Below are positions 13,101 through 26,046 of a DNA stretch of 64,000 nt, one piece after another. The first letter of the stretch is position 1. Each line of letters opens with the position of its first letter. A program made the position numbers and the translations under genes. The stretch spans positions 434,001 to 498,000 of the forward strand of contig NOWV01000002.1 of the NCBI GenBank assembly GCA_003344405.1, in the 5' to 3' direction. The notes beneath the pieces were generated by a model. It was given only the letters and a program-made list of their open reading frames with translations, was not told the DNA's origin and ran no database searches. Source of the DNA: Trichoplax sp. H2 (taxonomy: Eukaryota).

Positions 13101-15446
13101 TTATTAGGTGACCCGAAGGGAGCTATGTTAGATCATCGTAGTGTTGTAGCTAATTCCGCCGGACTTTACAGTCAAATGAAAGTTAGTGTTGCTACAGCTT
13201 CGGCAGTTATTGTATTGTGTAATATTAAACTTTGTTGTATTTGGCTTTTACCTTTACCTAGGATTCCGTACGTATCGAACCTAATGACACGCTTCTTTCA
13301 TACTTGCCTCTTGCTCATATGCTTGAAAGGGTTATTGAGGTATCCTGAAATCTTACGCATTTTCTGCTCTACTCCTCTATAAACACAATTACAATTACGA
13401 TATTAACTGACATTTTTTATAGACATTAATGTATTGTGAAGGTAGTCAAGTAGCATTCTATCGTGGCGATGTAAAACTCTTAATGGATGATTTAAAATGT
13501 GCAAGGTCTGTAACCTATTATTAAGTTCATTGCTATGGTTTATTCATACAGATAAATTAATCTTTTTAACTTGCCTAGGCCTACAGTTTTTCCTTGTGTA
13601 CCACGATTATTAAATCGTATATATGACAAGGTGAGCTGCGATTGCTCTACTACTACGTAGCTATTGCGTTTTCGTTAACAAATCTATGAATTTAGGTTTT
13701 GGCTGGTGTCGCAGAAAGCTGGTTAAAAAAGTCTATATTTGATATGGCCTTAAAGTATAAAGAAAGAGAAGTACAAAAGTAGGCATTTAGAGTAAAATCG
13801 TCTGTCTAGTGTTCTTACTGATTAAATTACGATTATGTTGAAACCAACTTTTACAAATTTTCCGGTAATTGTGACCGCACTTTACTCATTCTTACCTAGA
13901 GGTATTATTCGTCAAAATAGCATATGGGACACTCTGATATTTAAGAAGGTTCAGGTAACAATCTGAACAAATACATTTAGTAATCATTAATATGTGCACA
14001 GTAGCTTTCTTACATTACTTTTTGCATTTATAGAACCTCCTTGGTGGACGTGTACGTTTATTGGTTTCCGGTGCTGCTCCATTATCGCCGAAAGTCTTGC
14101 TATTTTTACGAGCAGTTCTAGGTGTTCCAGTAAGTTCGTACACAATTTAAGTTACCATATGAAAATAGTTCAGAACTTAATTGCTATACGTCGGTATGGT
14201 AGTACTGAATCTGTAATGTTAACCAATTGTAACTGGATTCCTGTCAGGTTTTAGAGGGATACGGACAAACAGAAGCAACAGCCGGTACAAATTTGAATGT
14301 TCTTGGAGATCCAACAGTTGGTATGCAATACTTTATAAAATTTTATCTTGTTATCTAAGCAAAGTAATTAATCATTTATAACTTGATTTTAAAAAATTAA
14401 TAGGCCATGTTGGACCGCCTTCGATGTCAGTGAAAATTAAGTTGATTGATGTACCGGAAATGGACTACTATATAAAAGATAACAAGGGCGAGGTAGGGCT
14501 ATCGAATTTTAGCTCAATATCATATACTCTGTACTAAAATTTTAATTTTAAATTTGGATATTCAGATTTGTTTTAAAGGTCCAATATGCTTTCGTGGGTA
14601 TTTCGGAAATGCGAAGAAGACAGCAGACACTATTGACAGTGATGGATGGATACATTCTGGAGATATTGGTGAATGGTTACCGGTTTGTATACGATTAATT
14701 TATTAATTTAAATTCCTGTGAAAGTATGTAATATATTATTTATCACTTCTAGAACGGTGCATTAAAAATAATTGATAGGATAAAGCACATCTTTAAATTA
14801 TCGCAAGTATGAATTATTTAGGAATCGCTAATACAAATATTAATAAATGAGACTATGTGTTACTAATACTTATTGTACACTTTTAGGGTGAATATGTAGC
14901 GCCAGAAAAGATTGAGAACGTCTACATTAGATGCCCTCTAGTTGCTCAAATCTTCGTATATGGTGATAGCTTGCAGGTAGAGTGAAAAGTCAAAATTCGT
15001 TCACATGCAGCATTACTCAGTTAAGGGTATTAAAATCTTGTGTTTATACTTTGTTTTAGTCTTATCTTGTAGGGATTATTATGCCAGATGAAGAATCTGC
15101 TTTTGCATGGGCATCGAAGCGTGGCCTTAAGAAGGATCTCCAAGAATTAAGTGTAAACGAGACATTCAAAGAGGCTGTTATGACAGATTTGAATCGTTTA
15201 GGAAAAGAAAATGGCTTAAAATCATTCGAACAGGCAAATAAAATACAGTTTAATCTTGGCCATACGTGCATTCAATAAAGTACTCATATTTTATATTCAA
15301 TACTCATCTAGATTAAGAAAATTTCAATTCAAACTGAATTGTTCTCTGTGGAAAATGGTCTTCTCACGCCTACTTTTAAGGCAAAACGACCACAAATTAA
15401 GAAAGTATATGAAGCTGAATTGATGAAAATGTATAAGTCAGCTTAA
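10135..15446 (+). CDS. ACSL1: Long-chain fatty-acid-CoA ligase, ACSL1/5/6 subfamily, ~22 coding exons
   Basis: Manually spliced exons give an N-terminal TM ([25 protein letters not shown]), [83 protein letters not shown] and [16 protein letters not shown], with the stop at 15444-15446. ACSL1, 5 and 6 cannot be distinguished (likely co-ortholog). Confidence 0.93.
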
Positions 15447-16537
15447 ATAAATTCAACTACTAGTTCTCACATTTAACCTTATGTACTTGAAAACTATAAT
15501 CAACATTAATACATAAAATATAGTATTTCGTTTTTCCACGGCGTGAAAACATATTTTTCTAGTTGACATATTGCCGGATATATCTATACCATAATAATAA
15601 TTCTTCTCCGTAGTTCATTGTTTTCATTAGTTATATCTTAGAAAATATTGCCAATATTTATCGCTGATTTTTCTGGTCTTTTATTAACTTTGGAACTGAT
15701 TGAATTAAGAATCTTACTTTTATGTTGATTTCGGTCTATATTATGGCGTTTCCAACTCTACTGTTAATTTATAAGTGTACTAACTGAGATTGATCGTGAC
15801 CGCAGATTTCTGTTATCACTTAAATGTTTATCGTTAGTATTCTCCGAATTAATAGTATATTATGGTTATTATAATAATTTTATTGTTGTAATTATTTTTA
15901 AGGTAACTGGTATTTAGTTGATTTAAATATTTTGCATGTGCAAGTACCTCCTGCATGTGACATTTGACTTAAAACGCTTTTACCACTACCAGCTCATCGG
16001 CTATGACTGCATATCATGTCAGATATTCTATTTAGAATTTAATCGGTAATATATTGTGATCACTTTGACCTATATTGATTTTAATAAAAATAATTTATCA
16101 TCGCTGTATAATATTGTGGCAGTTCATATGTGTATCACAGGCGTGCGGCGTTGTAGTCCTTTAAACTAATAATGATAAAGATGTGGGACTTTTGATATAC
16201 TGAACGATACTACTAATTCGTATACTACAGAAAGATATTCATATTTCGATACGGCATTATGTATACATTTATCTTCTATCTATCAACCATTTCAATTTAG
16301 TTTAAAATTATATCAAGTTATTTACATTAGTTAGTTAGTGTATTAGTGTCATGGTATGTAAGTGTCAAACAATGCAAGCGAGACTTGTCAGTATAGGTAA
16401 TGTCGAATCTAGACTAGGCAAATTCTATAGTTAATCGTGCATACTTGCGTTCTATTATTATCTTATTTAGTTTTAATTCATAATTCGATATAGAATTCTA
16501 GAATACACTGCTCGTCTTGACTGGGCTAGCGTCTTTA

Positions 16538-17824
16538 AGAAGCTCTCGCACTTTTACAAGCTTTCTTTGAATCTTATCAATTACACCTATTTATGAACAT
16601 GTATTGAAAAGTAATAATTAATAAAGTAATTGAAGTAATTATACTTAATCTCGATTGCGTGAATATTGCACAGTACTGTAGTTACTACAACTTACTTCCA
16701 ATGTAATACGCAAGTTCTAAGATTTCAATGTGTGGGATGGGCTAGGATGGTGATAAACTATTCTTGTATTATTGTCAGGGCGCTCATACGTTATCCGTTG
16801 ACGTTATCTGTTTTAATCGCAAAATGTAAAATGAAAAGCATACTGTATACAAATGCTAGAGTAGTAGGGCAGGGATTATAACATGGTAGGCCTATGTCCT
16901 TCGTGTGCGGATTTCGATTGCTTTATTATTGCAAATAGTGATCCATTTACAACCTCATTAGACTGGAGTTTAAGAGTTACATTGAATTATTATAGGTTTC
17001 AACTAACTTTGGATAATACTGGCATGATGCTAAGAAAAGCCTGACATAGCCGTTATCTAACTGTCGTATACGCTGTATTTGTTATTCAGTGATCTCATTT
17101 CTTATCATTAGCCTATGAATATCCTTTTTGTAATAATTACTCATAATACTACAGTAATGATAACAATATAGTGAAATATATTGGAGTTACTTGTAAACGA
17201 TATAGCGATTGAANNNNNNNNNNNNNNNNNNNNAGAAGCTCTCGCACTTTTACAAGCTTTCTTTGAATCTTATCAATTACACCTATTTATGAACATGTAT
17301 TGAAAAGTAATAATTAATAAAGTAATTGAAGTAATTATACTTAATCTCGATTGCGTGAATATTGCACAGTACTGTAGTTACTACAACTTACTTCCAATGT
17401 AATACGCAAGTTCTAAGATTTCAATGTGTGGGATGGGCTAGGATGGTGATAAACTATTCTTGTATTATTGTCAGGGCGCTCATACGTTATCTGTTTTAAT
17501 CGCAAAATGTAAAATGAAAAGCATACTGTATACAAATGCTAGAGTAGTAGGGCAGGGATTATAACATGGTAGGCCTATGTCCTTCGTGTGCAGATTTCGA
17601 CTGCTTTATTATTATTACATAATAGTGATCCATTTACAACCTCATTAGACTGGAGTTTAAGAGTTATCTAACTGCCGTATACGCTGTATTTGTTATTCAG
17701 TGATCTCATTTCTTATCATTAGCCTATAAATATCCTTTTTATAATAATTACTCATAATACTACAGTAATGATAACAATATAGTGAAATATATTGGAGTTA
17801 CTTGTAAACGATATAGCGATTGAA
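16538..17824. repeat. Duplicated segment on both sides of a second 20-N gap (probable uncollapsed haplotypes)
   Basis: 16538-17213 and 17234-17824 are near-identical apart from indels of ~12, ~76 and 3 bp and a few SNPs. The gap is 17214-17233. Confidence 0.87.
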
Positions 17825-18292
17825 GAATATTAAACACTATAATCAGATATTATAGCTACATCTCGCACGAAATTGTGTAAATATGGATAAAAGTTGACAG
17901 TTTAATGTTAGCATATCGTCATCATTGAATATAACACAATCATCAGAGTAAACTGTCAAGGCAATGATAACTGACTGGTATACACATCATTGTGATTTAC
18001 ACAAAGTACAGGACGATGTAACCACACCTTTCAGTTTACCATCGAATGAAAATTAAGTAGAATATAAAGCAGCATTTATGTCAATGTTACCCACTTTCAT
18101 TCATCTTAGCAATGCAAAAAATACTATATAAACTTTCTATCTTTAAGTATTTTAGGATTAACTTCTAATAATATCTACTACTAGAGCAATATGAAGTTTG
18201 ATTGCACAGTTGACATAAACACGATAAATGATTAAATGTGATACAGGATATAGCTTTACATCCGATTTCGAATATATGAATATCATTTTACT

Positions 18293-21200
18293 TTACGATT
18301 CCGAGGCAACTTTGGCACTTTCGGATGAAGTCAAGAATTGAGCAAGGTCGATGCTAGTAACTATTCCATATACAGATTGTCTTTCTGTAACTTCCTTAGA
18401 ATCTAAGTTTTGATTAAATAAGAAATTAGAACGAGTAATAAGGGATGACTCTTTATTAATTGTAGCCTATTGTATAAAAAATCTTGACCCGTATCCTTAC
18501 AATGTTTTTGATTGTGGACAATCAAAGCAAAGTGATCACGCTCGAGAATGCGGGAAAGTTCTCCTAACGTTCTCTTTAGGGTAATCTAGATTGAATAATA
18601 CATCTCTATTAACCTTAGTACGAAAACAGTCATAGCACCTGATGTCATTACTATAATAAATTAATTTTAACCATTTATACTCTATGCAAATTTTAATCTC
18701 GTGCTTCTACGTAAATTACCGTATTAAATCTTTTGTATGCCATAACGGAAATTGGATCAGTATTATTAGCTCTTCCTGCCAGTAACCAGGCTACAATACT
18801 GCCAAGTGTTACAACGCCAACAGGGACACTATTACAATATGAAAATGAACAAATAAGTCGTTGAAGTACGGTGGCGTATAGATTAGATGTTTTCGAGCGA
18901 AGTAGACTGGTAACTAAAAGACAAGTTAACATGTTCTTTGTGTTATAATCATTTGATAATTACCCTGATTCATCAACGATAGGCAATTGGTTGAATAATT
19001 CTCTATTATTAAAATTTAAAGGCATTTTATAAGATTTTTTATTACAATGTAGATATTTGTGCGTATAAACTTGATACCAAGGTTGTATTGTAAAACAATT
19101 GAGAGATTCTATTTGATTTTTACCTTTTCATGATTTCAACAACCTCACCAATGGTTACAGTAGGTGTAATAACTAAAGGGGTAGAGATATCGAGTCTGCT
19201 GACTGGTAAATTCCACCACCTAGTTTTACATATATCATACGTAAAATTTAGCATTAGCGAAACCGGCGTTTAAAGAGTTATCCATAAAGACTATAAAGAG
19301 AAAAATGAGGCTTTCCATCTAACTCACCAATGTTTTAAACCAACAGCGACAGCCGGGTCTTCCATAAATCCGTTCTCTATCATCCAATCATCGTTAACGA
19401 ATTTGGTCCTATGTTATAGTATAAAAGAGGATATCACAGCTTAACTGCAGGGATTCTACCAACGCAATCTTAATCATTTATCCTAATTTATGAAAAATCA
19501 CTGAAACATAAACGAACATGTAATTACGAATGGAGTCCGGGAGGATGACTACGCAAGTTTGATTTTCATTTAAGTCTTTGGCAGTCTGCAACGCTATCGA
19601 GAGAGCACTACCACTGGAACCGCCTAAGCATAGCCACATAAAGAGGTAAGAATACGCGTATACAGTAATTACTGAAAGACTTTAGAGATGAAATGTTATC
19701 TAGGGAGGGCATTGTAATCGTACCACACAGTAAACCCTCCTCTCGAATGAGATATCTTGCATATTCGAATGAATCTTTGTCATTACACTTGTACCACTGA
19801 TCCACAACATTTCGGTCTATAACTGTTGGAATGAAGTCGTATCCAATGCCTTCCACCTTGTGAATAATTATAAAATTATCAATTAGTCACATACTGAAAC
19901 GCTTATTTTATATTTACTACTAATAATTAAAATGTACATGATATCCTGAGGAATCAACGTTCAATTCTTTCGGTTGAGCAAGGATCGATCCTAATGGATC
20001 CACTCCGATAATCTTTTTTGTAAAAATGTGATAAGACATACAGCATTTTAAATTATGACGATTTATCCCGCCGTCAAGATATATCAAAGGTTACATTATA
20101 CATATTCTTTAAAAGTTTCAAGTAATACCTTGACGTTTTTAATCTTTTCTTTTAATTTCCGACCGATACCGCTAACAGTTCCACCAGTTCCGGCCCCAGC
20201 AACCAAAACATCAATTTTACCTATTAAGATGTAAATCATGAGTGAAATTAAAACAAATAGGGCAGCTAGAATACATAATTGTGTGATTGCATAATATCAT
20301 AAATCATTAAAAATTATTAATTTTTTGCACTTACTATCGCATTGATACAATAGTTCTTCGGCAGTAGTATCGTAGTGTGCCAATGGATTGCCGGCATTGA
20401 CGTACTATGCAATAAAACGTGATAATTTTGAATAGTGTCAATAATATTAGCGTTCGTTGTTAAAAAGATTATCTAGTTATCAAACGTATTTTACGGTGAA
20501 GCTGCGGACTAACACTATAAATCTGCCAACCTGATTTAAAATTATAGCATTTTTAGTTTCTTTCTGTAATCTTTCAGCGACCGCAATATGCGATTCTAAA
20601 TTGAGATTAATATATATATAATAATGTATTAGGATAGTTGATGGGCCGAATAGAAAACTTTTTTCTCAAAATTTACAACATCGACATTATACTCGGTATA
20701 AGGAATTCATTTTTAAGGTGAAAAGTCGCTGATACTTTAACTTATGAGAAATGTATCATCTTGAAAACTACTGTACTCAATTATTATGATGGTATGCTTT
20801 TTAATTAATACTAAACCTGGCGAATCGAAGCTAGCATTAGTTGGAGTTCGGACGATTTCAGCTCCTAAAGCCCTTAGCGTCAAAACCTAGTAGTATAACA
20901 GATCAACTATTTATAACATGATTGATTACGGATTGCATCTGTAAACAATACGAATAGGAAATTTCTTTTCCATGACGCATACATTGATTATAATTAACCT
21001 TTTCTGCGCTCATTTTTTCTGGCATAACAATAATACATCGGTAGCCTTTAACCGCCGCAACGAGGGCTAAACCAATGCCTTAAAATCATTTAGGAAATTA
21101 TATGATATTTTAATTGTGTTACCCCTACTACTGTATACTGTAATAACGCCATTATTGGCTGAAATAAACTTAATACAACTAGTGTGAAATGAATTAATAA

Positions 21201-23369
21201 ACCATGTGATGTTACCAGTATTTCCCGAAGTTGGCTCGATCAATGTATACCCTGGTTTAATTTTTCCTTCTCTTTCTGCTTCTTCTACCATACGCAAAGC
21301 AATGCGATCCTTGACAGAACCGCCAGCATTCATAAATTCGCACTTTGCCACTAGAAAACAAAGAGGCATACATGCATCAAGACTTTATATATAAAATATA
21401 CATTAACATGAGCGTCATGCAAACGAGTTGTATCCGATAGTTGCTACCAGAGGTGAACTACTCGATTTACCTACAGTAGTTTAAGGCGCAGTATTTTAAT
21501 CAGGTCAAAAGAGTAGGTAATATGCAACGATAGCGTTAACATTCTATAAAATATTGTATACTTACATAGTCTACATTTTAAGCCAAATTTCTTTTCAATT
21601 TTATTTAATCGAACAACAGGTGTAAAGCCTATGTTATCCAATGCTGTTTGTCTGACTTTGTCATTGATTTTCCTATAAAGTAAAATAGCAAACGCCGATG
21701 AGCAAAATTTTCATTTAATCCTGTGCTCAGTATCGTCTAGTATAATCGCTAAACTGGATTCCATACAGTAGTTAGATTGAGATGCTATAAGAGCACAAGA
21801 TACACGTTGATTGAGAAATTTTTGAATCATAGGCTCCTACTATCGCTCCACTATTATCGAAGATGGTAGGATTACGATGGATATGCAGCTGCATTTACTG
21901 TATGTGATCAACTTGACTATAGACTGTGAGTATTGATGTTCTTGTTATGCAGTCCATGGTCAATTGTGGCAGATCGATCAGAGTTTACGAGTAGTTGTAT
22001 GAATAAAATCTTAACACGTAATGTGAGATAGTAACAATATCGGATGTATTTTACCTAATTTGGTTGATTGACCATTTCTTACTAAGCGAAGAAATTGCTT
22101 TAAGAGTAGAGAATAACAAGAGTTGTAGGTCTTAAGGGGACAGCACTCATGCCTTACTAAGTACAGTACTGTAGAGTAACGACCACAAAAGTTTCGAAAA
22201 GGAGTAGCAGTAACAAATGTAAAAGTGTTTGAACGTTAAGCAAATGCTTCTTCTTCAGGTATTTTCCAACATGTTGAAAGGAGTTTATTTTCCTGCTCCA
22301 TCGGACAGCACTCATGCCTTACTAAGTACAGTACTGTAGAGTAACGACCACAAAAGTTTAGAAAAAGAGTAGCAGTAACAAATGCAAAAGTATTTGAACG
22401 TTAAGCAAATGCTTCTTCTTCAGGTATTTTCCAACATGTTGAAAGGAGTTTATTTTCCAGCTCCATCGTCAAGTCGTTGATGTATCTATTGGTGTGCGTT
22501 CTTGTGCTCAAGTTAGCGTAGGCCCCGGGCGGAATGATTGGTGCTAATGTTCTTCTCTGCTGTGTAGTACCTTGCTCCCAGTACTGTATAGCAATAGGTT
22601 CGGTGGACTGTTGTTGTAGCAAAAGCATTGCTACTGTCTAGTCCAACTCAGCAATTGGTTAATGTACGCTTTTAATGTATTGAAACTATCAGTGGTAACA
22701 AGGTCAATATGTTCAACTACTAAGAGAAGAGAAAAGAAAAGAAAGTAGACTAAGAGTTGAAATTGAACTTTTGTAGGAGAAATAAGACAGTAAGATACTG
22801 CAGTCAAAGGGTGAGTGAGTATGGTATGCAAGATGGCAAAGCAATCCAGTAACAGACTGTTTGTTTAACCTGTACACAGTATGCGGTCTTGGCAAGCTGT
22901 GCTTGGATTTGATAGATATATTTGTACTAAAATAAGTTAGTGAACATCGTCCATGATGATCATCTTTCTCTTTTCTACTATTCAAGAAAGTAAGAGAAGA
23001 TGCTTCAATGTAGGTTTCAGTTCACGGTAGCGAGCACCAACAAGATTGAAGATCGAAAGGGGGGAAAAAAATGAGAAAATTTTCGATTGTCTTTCGTCTC
23101 ACTTGATGATGAGGCTGTATAATTTGAAACGACTTGTTCAGTATGACATAGTCAAGTGGATTGGCCATAGTTTTACGCCATGTTGAATAATGTACTCGTC
23201 ATCAAGACTAGAAATAGAGCATGATTGATGTCAAGGCGAGTATCCAACCTTACCGAACTTGATGATGATGCGGCGAATTGGCAGTCGTGTCTAACGCCCA
23301 AGTACATTTAGAAGGTCGATCAGGCCTATCTCGTAATCCACTTTGACTTTCAGAAGTAGCATCCGACAT
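18293..23369 (-). CDS. CBS: Cystathionine beta-synthase (heme N-terminus, PLP core, Bateman module), ~17 exons
   Basis: Exon 1 (23254-23369) reads [38 protein letters not shown]. Later exons give [28 protein letters not shown] (PLP Lys), [34 protein letters not shown] and the CBS domains ([17 protein letters not shown]). The stop is at 18293-18295. Confidence 0.95.
22138..22467. repeat. 165-bp tandem duplication in CBS intron 1
   Basis: Both copies begin ggacagcactcatgccttactaag (22138 and 22303), end ctccatc and differ by only a few substitutions. Confidence 0.9.
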
Positions 23370-23499
23370 AATTTTCAATTTTTTCTCACAAGATTGGCAC
23401 AGTTGTCAAATATCCACAAGGGAATGGAAGTCAAAATCGCTTTCAATTGCTTGAACTTTCTGGACTTGAAATTGGATCGACGGCAATGGACTCCAATCG

Positions 23500-23905
23500 G
23501 ACTGAGTGACACACTAGTAGCGTGTCAACTGTAGTAGTGGGAATGACGTTCGTATGGAGAGTGAAGCGAGTAACGTAGACGACACTGTCGAGTCGACTGC
23601 AACAACAGACTGAGTGACACACTAGTGGCGGTGTCAACTGTAGTAGTAGGAATGACGCTCGTATGGAGAGTGAAGCGAGTAACGTAGACGACACTGTCGA
23701 GTCGAGTGCAACAACAGACTGAGTGACACACTAGTGGCGTGTCAACTGTTGTAGTGGGAATGACGCTCGTATGGAGAGTGAAGCGAGTAACGTAGAGTCG
23801 ACTGCAACAAAAGACGAGTGACACAGTAGTGGCGTGTCAGCAGTAGTAGTGGGATGACGCCAGTAACGTACACGACACGACACTGTCGAGTCGACTGCAA
23901 CAAAA
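23500..23905. repeat. ~108-bp GC-richer tandem array (4 copies) just upstream of the CBS ATG
   Basis: The unit gactgagtgacacactagtggcgtgtcaactgtagtagtgggaatgacgctcgtatggagagtgaagcgagtaacgtagacgacactgtcgagtcgactgcaacaaca starts at ~23500, 23608, 23717 and 23813. The last two copies carry deletions. Confidence 0.9.
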
Positions 23906-26046
23906 GACGATTGATTGGTCAAGGGCTGCGTGACGATATCAAGGTGGCCTGTCATGTGGTCAATACGCTCCTGGAGAGAGTATCACATCGCATTCAATAC
24001 ATTACAGTCAGTACGCGCACCTACACCTTTTCCATGCCTCGTGCCACATCAAAACACCTGCTCGATTGTGGTGCTTTTCTGGACCATGACGGACACGGAT
24101 CGGTACTAGTAGGTACCGTAATGGAAAGGCGTGCCCAAATGTAATAGCCAGTCAAAAACGGCGAGAGGGACATGTCCCCCCTTCCCTTTTTCAAAGCGCT
24201 ATTAATTGCACTGTTAAGACATACGTACGCCCCCCCCCAAAAAGGCAAAAAGAAAAAGTTCTTTCTTGGACTAGAAAGACCCTCAGGCAAATGATTTCAC
24301 TATTTTCACTGCAGTCACTAAAGCAGAACAAGATGGAGGGACGATTGGATTGTTTTCTAATCGCTTTATTGTAGAGTCGTTTCTTTTTTGGGGGGTACCT
24401 TGATGATTGCTTTGAACAATCGGACATGGGTAGAAATTACATACTGTATGTTTTCCCTATGAAAAACTTGGTGATATCCAAGAATGTCCATTCTGCCACA
24501 TCTGGTAATGGTAGTAAATGGCCACATCCACTGTAGGAGAGTAGATCATACTATCCTTGAAACTACAATTGTGGGTTAAGCGTATTGAAATGAAGGATTA
24601 ATGTTGTTGGAGATGTGCTAGATACCTGCCGATACTATCGTGGTAGCCATTGGGCGAGGGGAGCCTTATTTCGGTCAAGATAGTGTACTGTATGACAGCT
24701 TTTCTGACTAGCGATCTATCTTGATTTACAGCTATTGTAGTCAGCGACTTTATTAAAGATACTGTACACAGCATGGATTAGGAAATAGACAGCTGTGCTA
24801 ATTAAATGCCAGTCTTGCCATGTGTCAAAGTCTTGTGGTTACTGGATGGATATTTCCAATTTGTGCCTAATGTTAGGGTTTGATTGCATTACACAATAAG
24901 AAAATAAATTTCCTTCAATGAAAAAACAATCTCGTCTACGGATTCTTCCACACTCCATTCACAATGACATGTGTGCAGAACAGCTTGATCGCATCAATAC
25001 ATTCAAGAAATGCTTGATGTTAAAGCCAATTTCTACTCAATACTGAATTGATTACAGTATACAAGTGATATAGATCTTATGGTCAATGTCCAATCAATGG
25101 GGTAGTGTGGATTACAACGGAACATTAGTTCCATCACTGCATGGTAGCGCAACAAACATTTTCAATCAGTGCGACGCCATTCAAGCCAATGATAATCAAT
25201 GAATCAATACCTCACAAAACCATGATCAGTGTTTGATATCACGCACATCTACCTAAATCCGCTACTGTTATCCATAATTACTACCTTTCAATAAGTTACA
25301 TACAGATATAACCAGTCGATGTATTGCACCCAAAATCCATTTGTGGCTCAACAACCGTCCAATGCCAACAGTAGTTAACCAAGAGTAAAAGTGTGCATCA
25401 ATAATAACTCATGATTTTGGTTATACTGCCGCCACAATTGTACTTAACAGCTAAAAGAGATAACCAATTTGCTTCCACAGACTACTACAATAATTGGCAT
25501 TTTATTGTATGCATGAATCATCTTTATCTCAATATTTATAACAATCGTAATACTTATTCATATATCATCTCCATAGACAATCACCGAAAATTAAAAGTAC
25601 AACGACTAGTAATTCATTAGCCATTCGATATTTACTAACGTCTCATTTTGTGACTAAACTGTTCCAAAGGGAGTAAAATCAAATAGGCTAGTTTCCTCCT
25701 ACTTCCATACAATTGGAATGCAGCTAGGAACCTTAATTATTCTAAACCGATCCAGGGCTACATTGATACTTTCGATATGGTAAATACTTGCAGAATAGAC
25801 TTTGTATTTTATATTGGCTTAATCTTTCCTATGTAGGTACTGTGCGCAGTAGCCGACACTCAACTGCCAATATACTATAATTATATCGCAAATCAATTCG
25901 TTCAAAAGTCATGCTATTAAACCGATAATAGTCATCTTATTGCCATTATAACCTCGTACAGTGTATGGTTTAAATTATAGTACAATATCAACAAAATATG
26001 GTGGCATACCTAAACGCTACATGTTATCGCTAATAACAGTCTAGAA

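Noticed and set aside
23443..23955. Short repetitive ORFs upstream of CBS
   Set aside because: They arise from the 108-bp array, and indels between copies break the frame.
24918..25046. LP...INTFKKCL string reminiscent of CR1/L2 LINE C-termini
   Set aside because: It is too short, with no RT motifs nearby.
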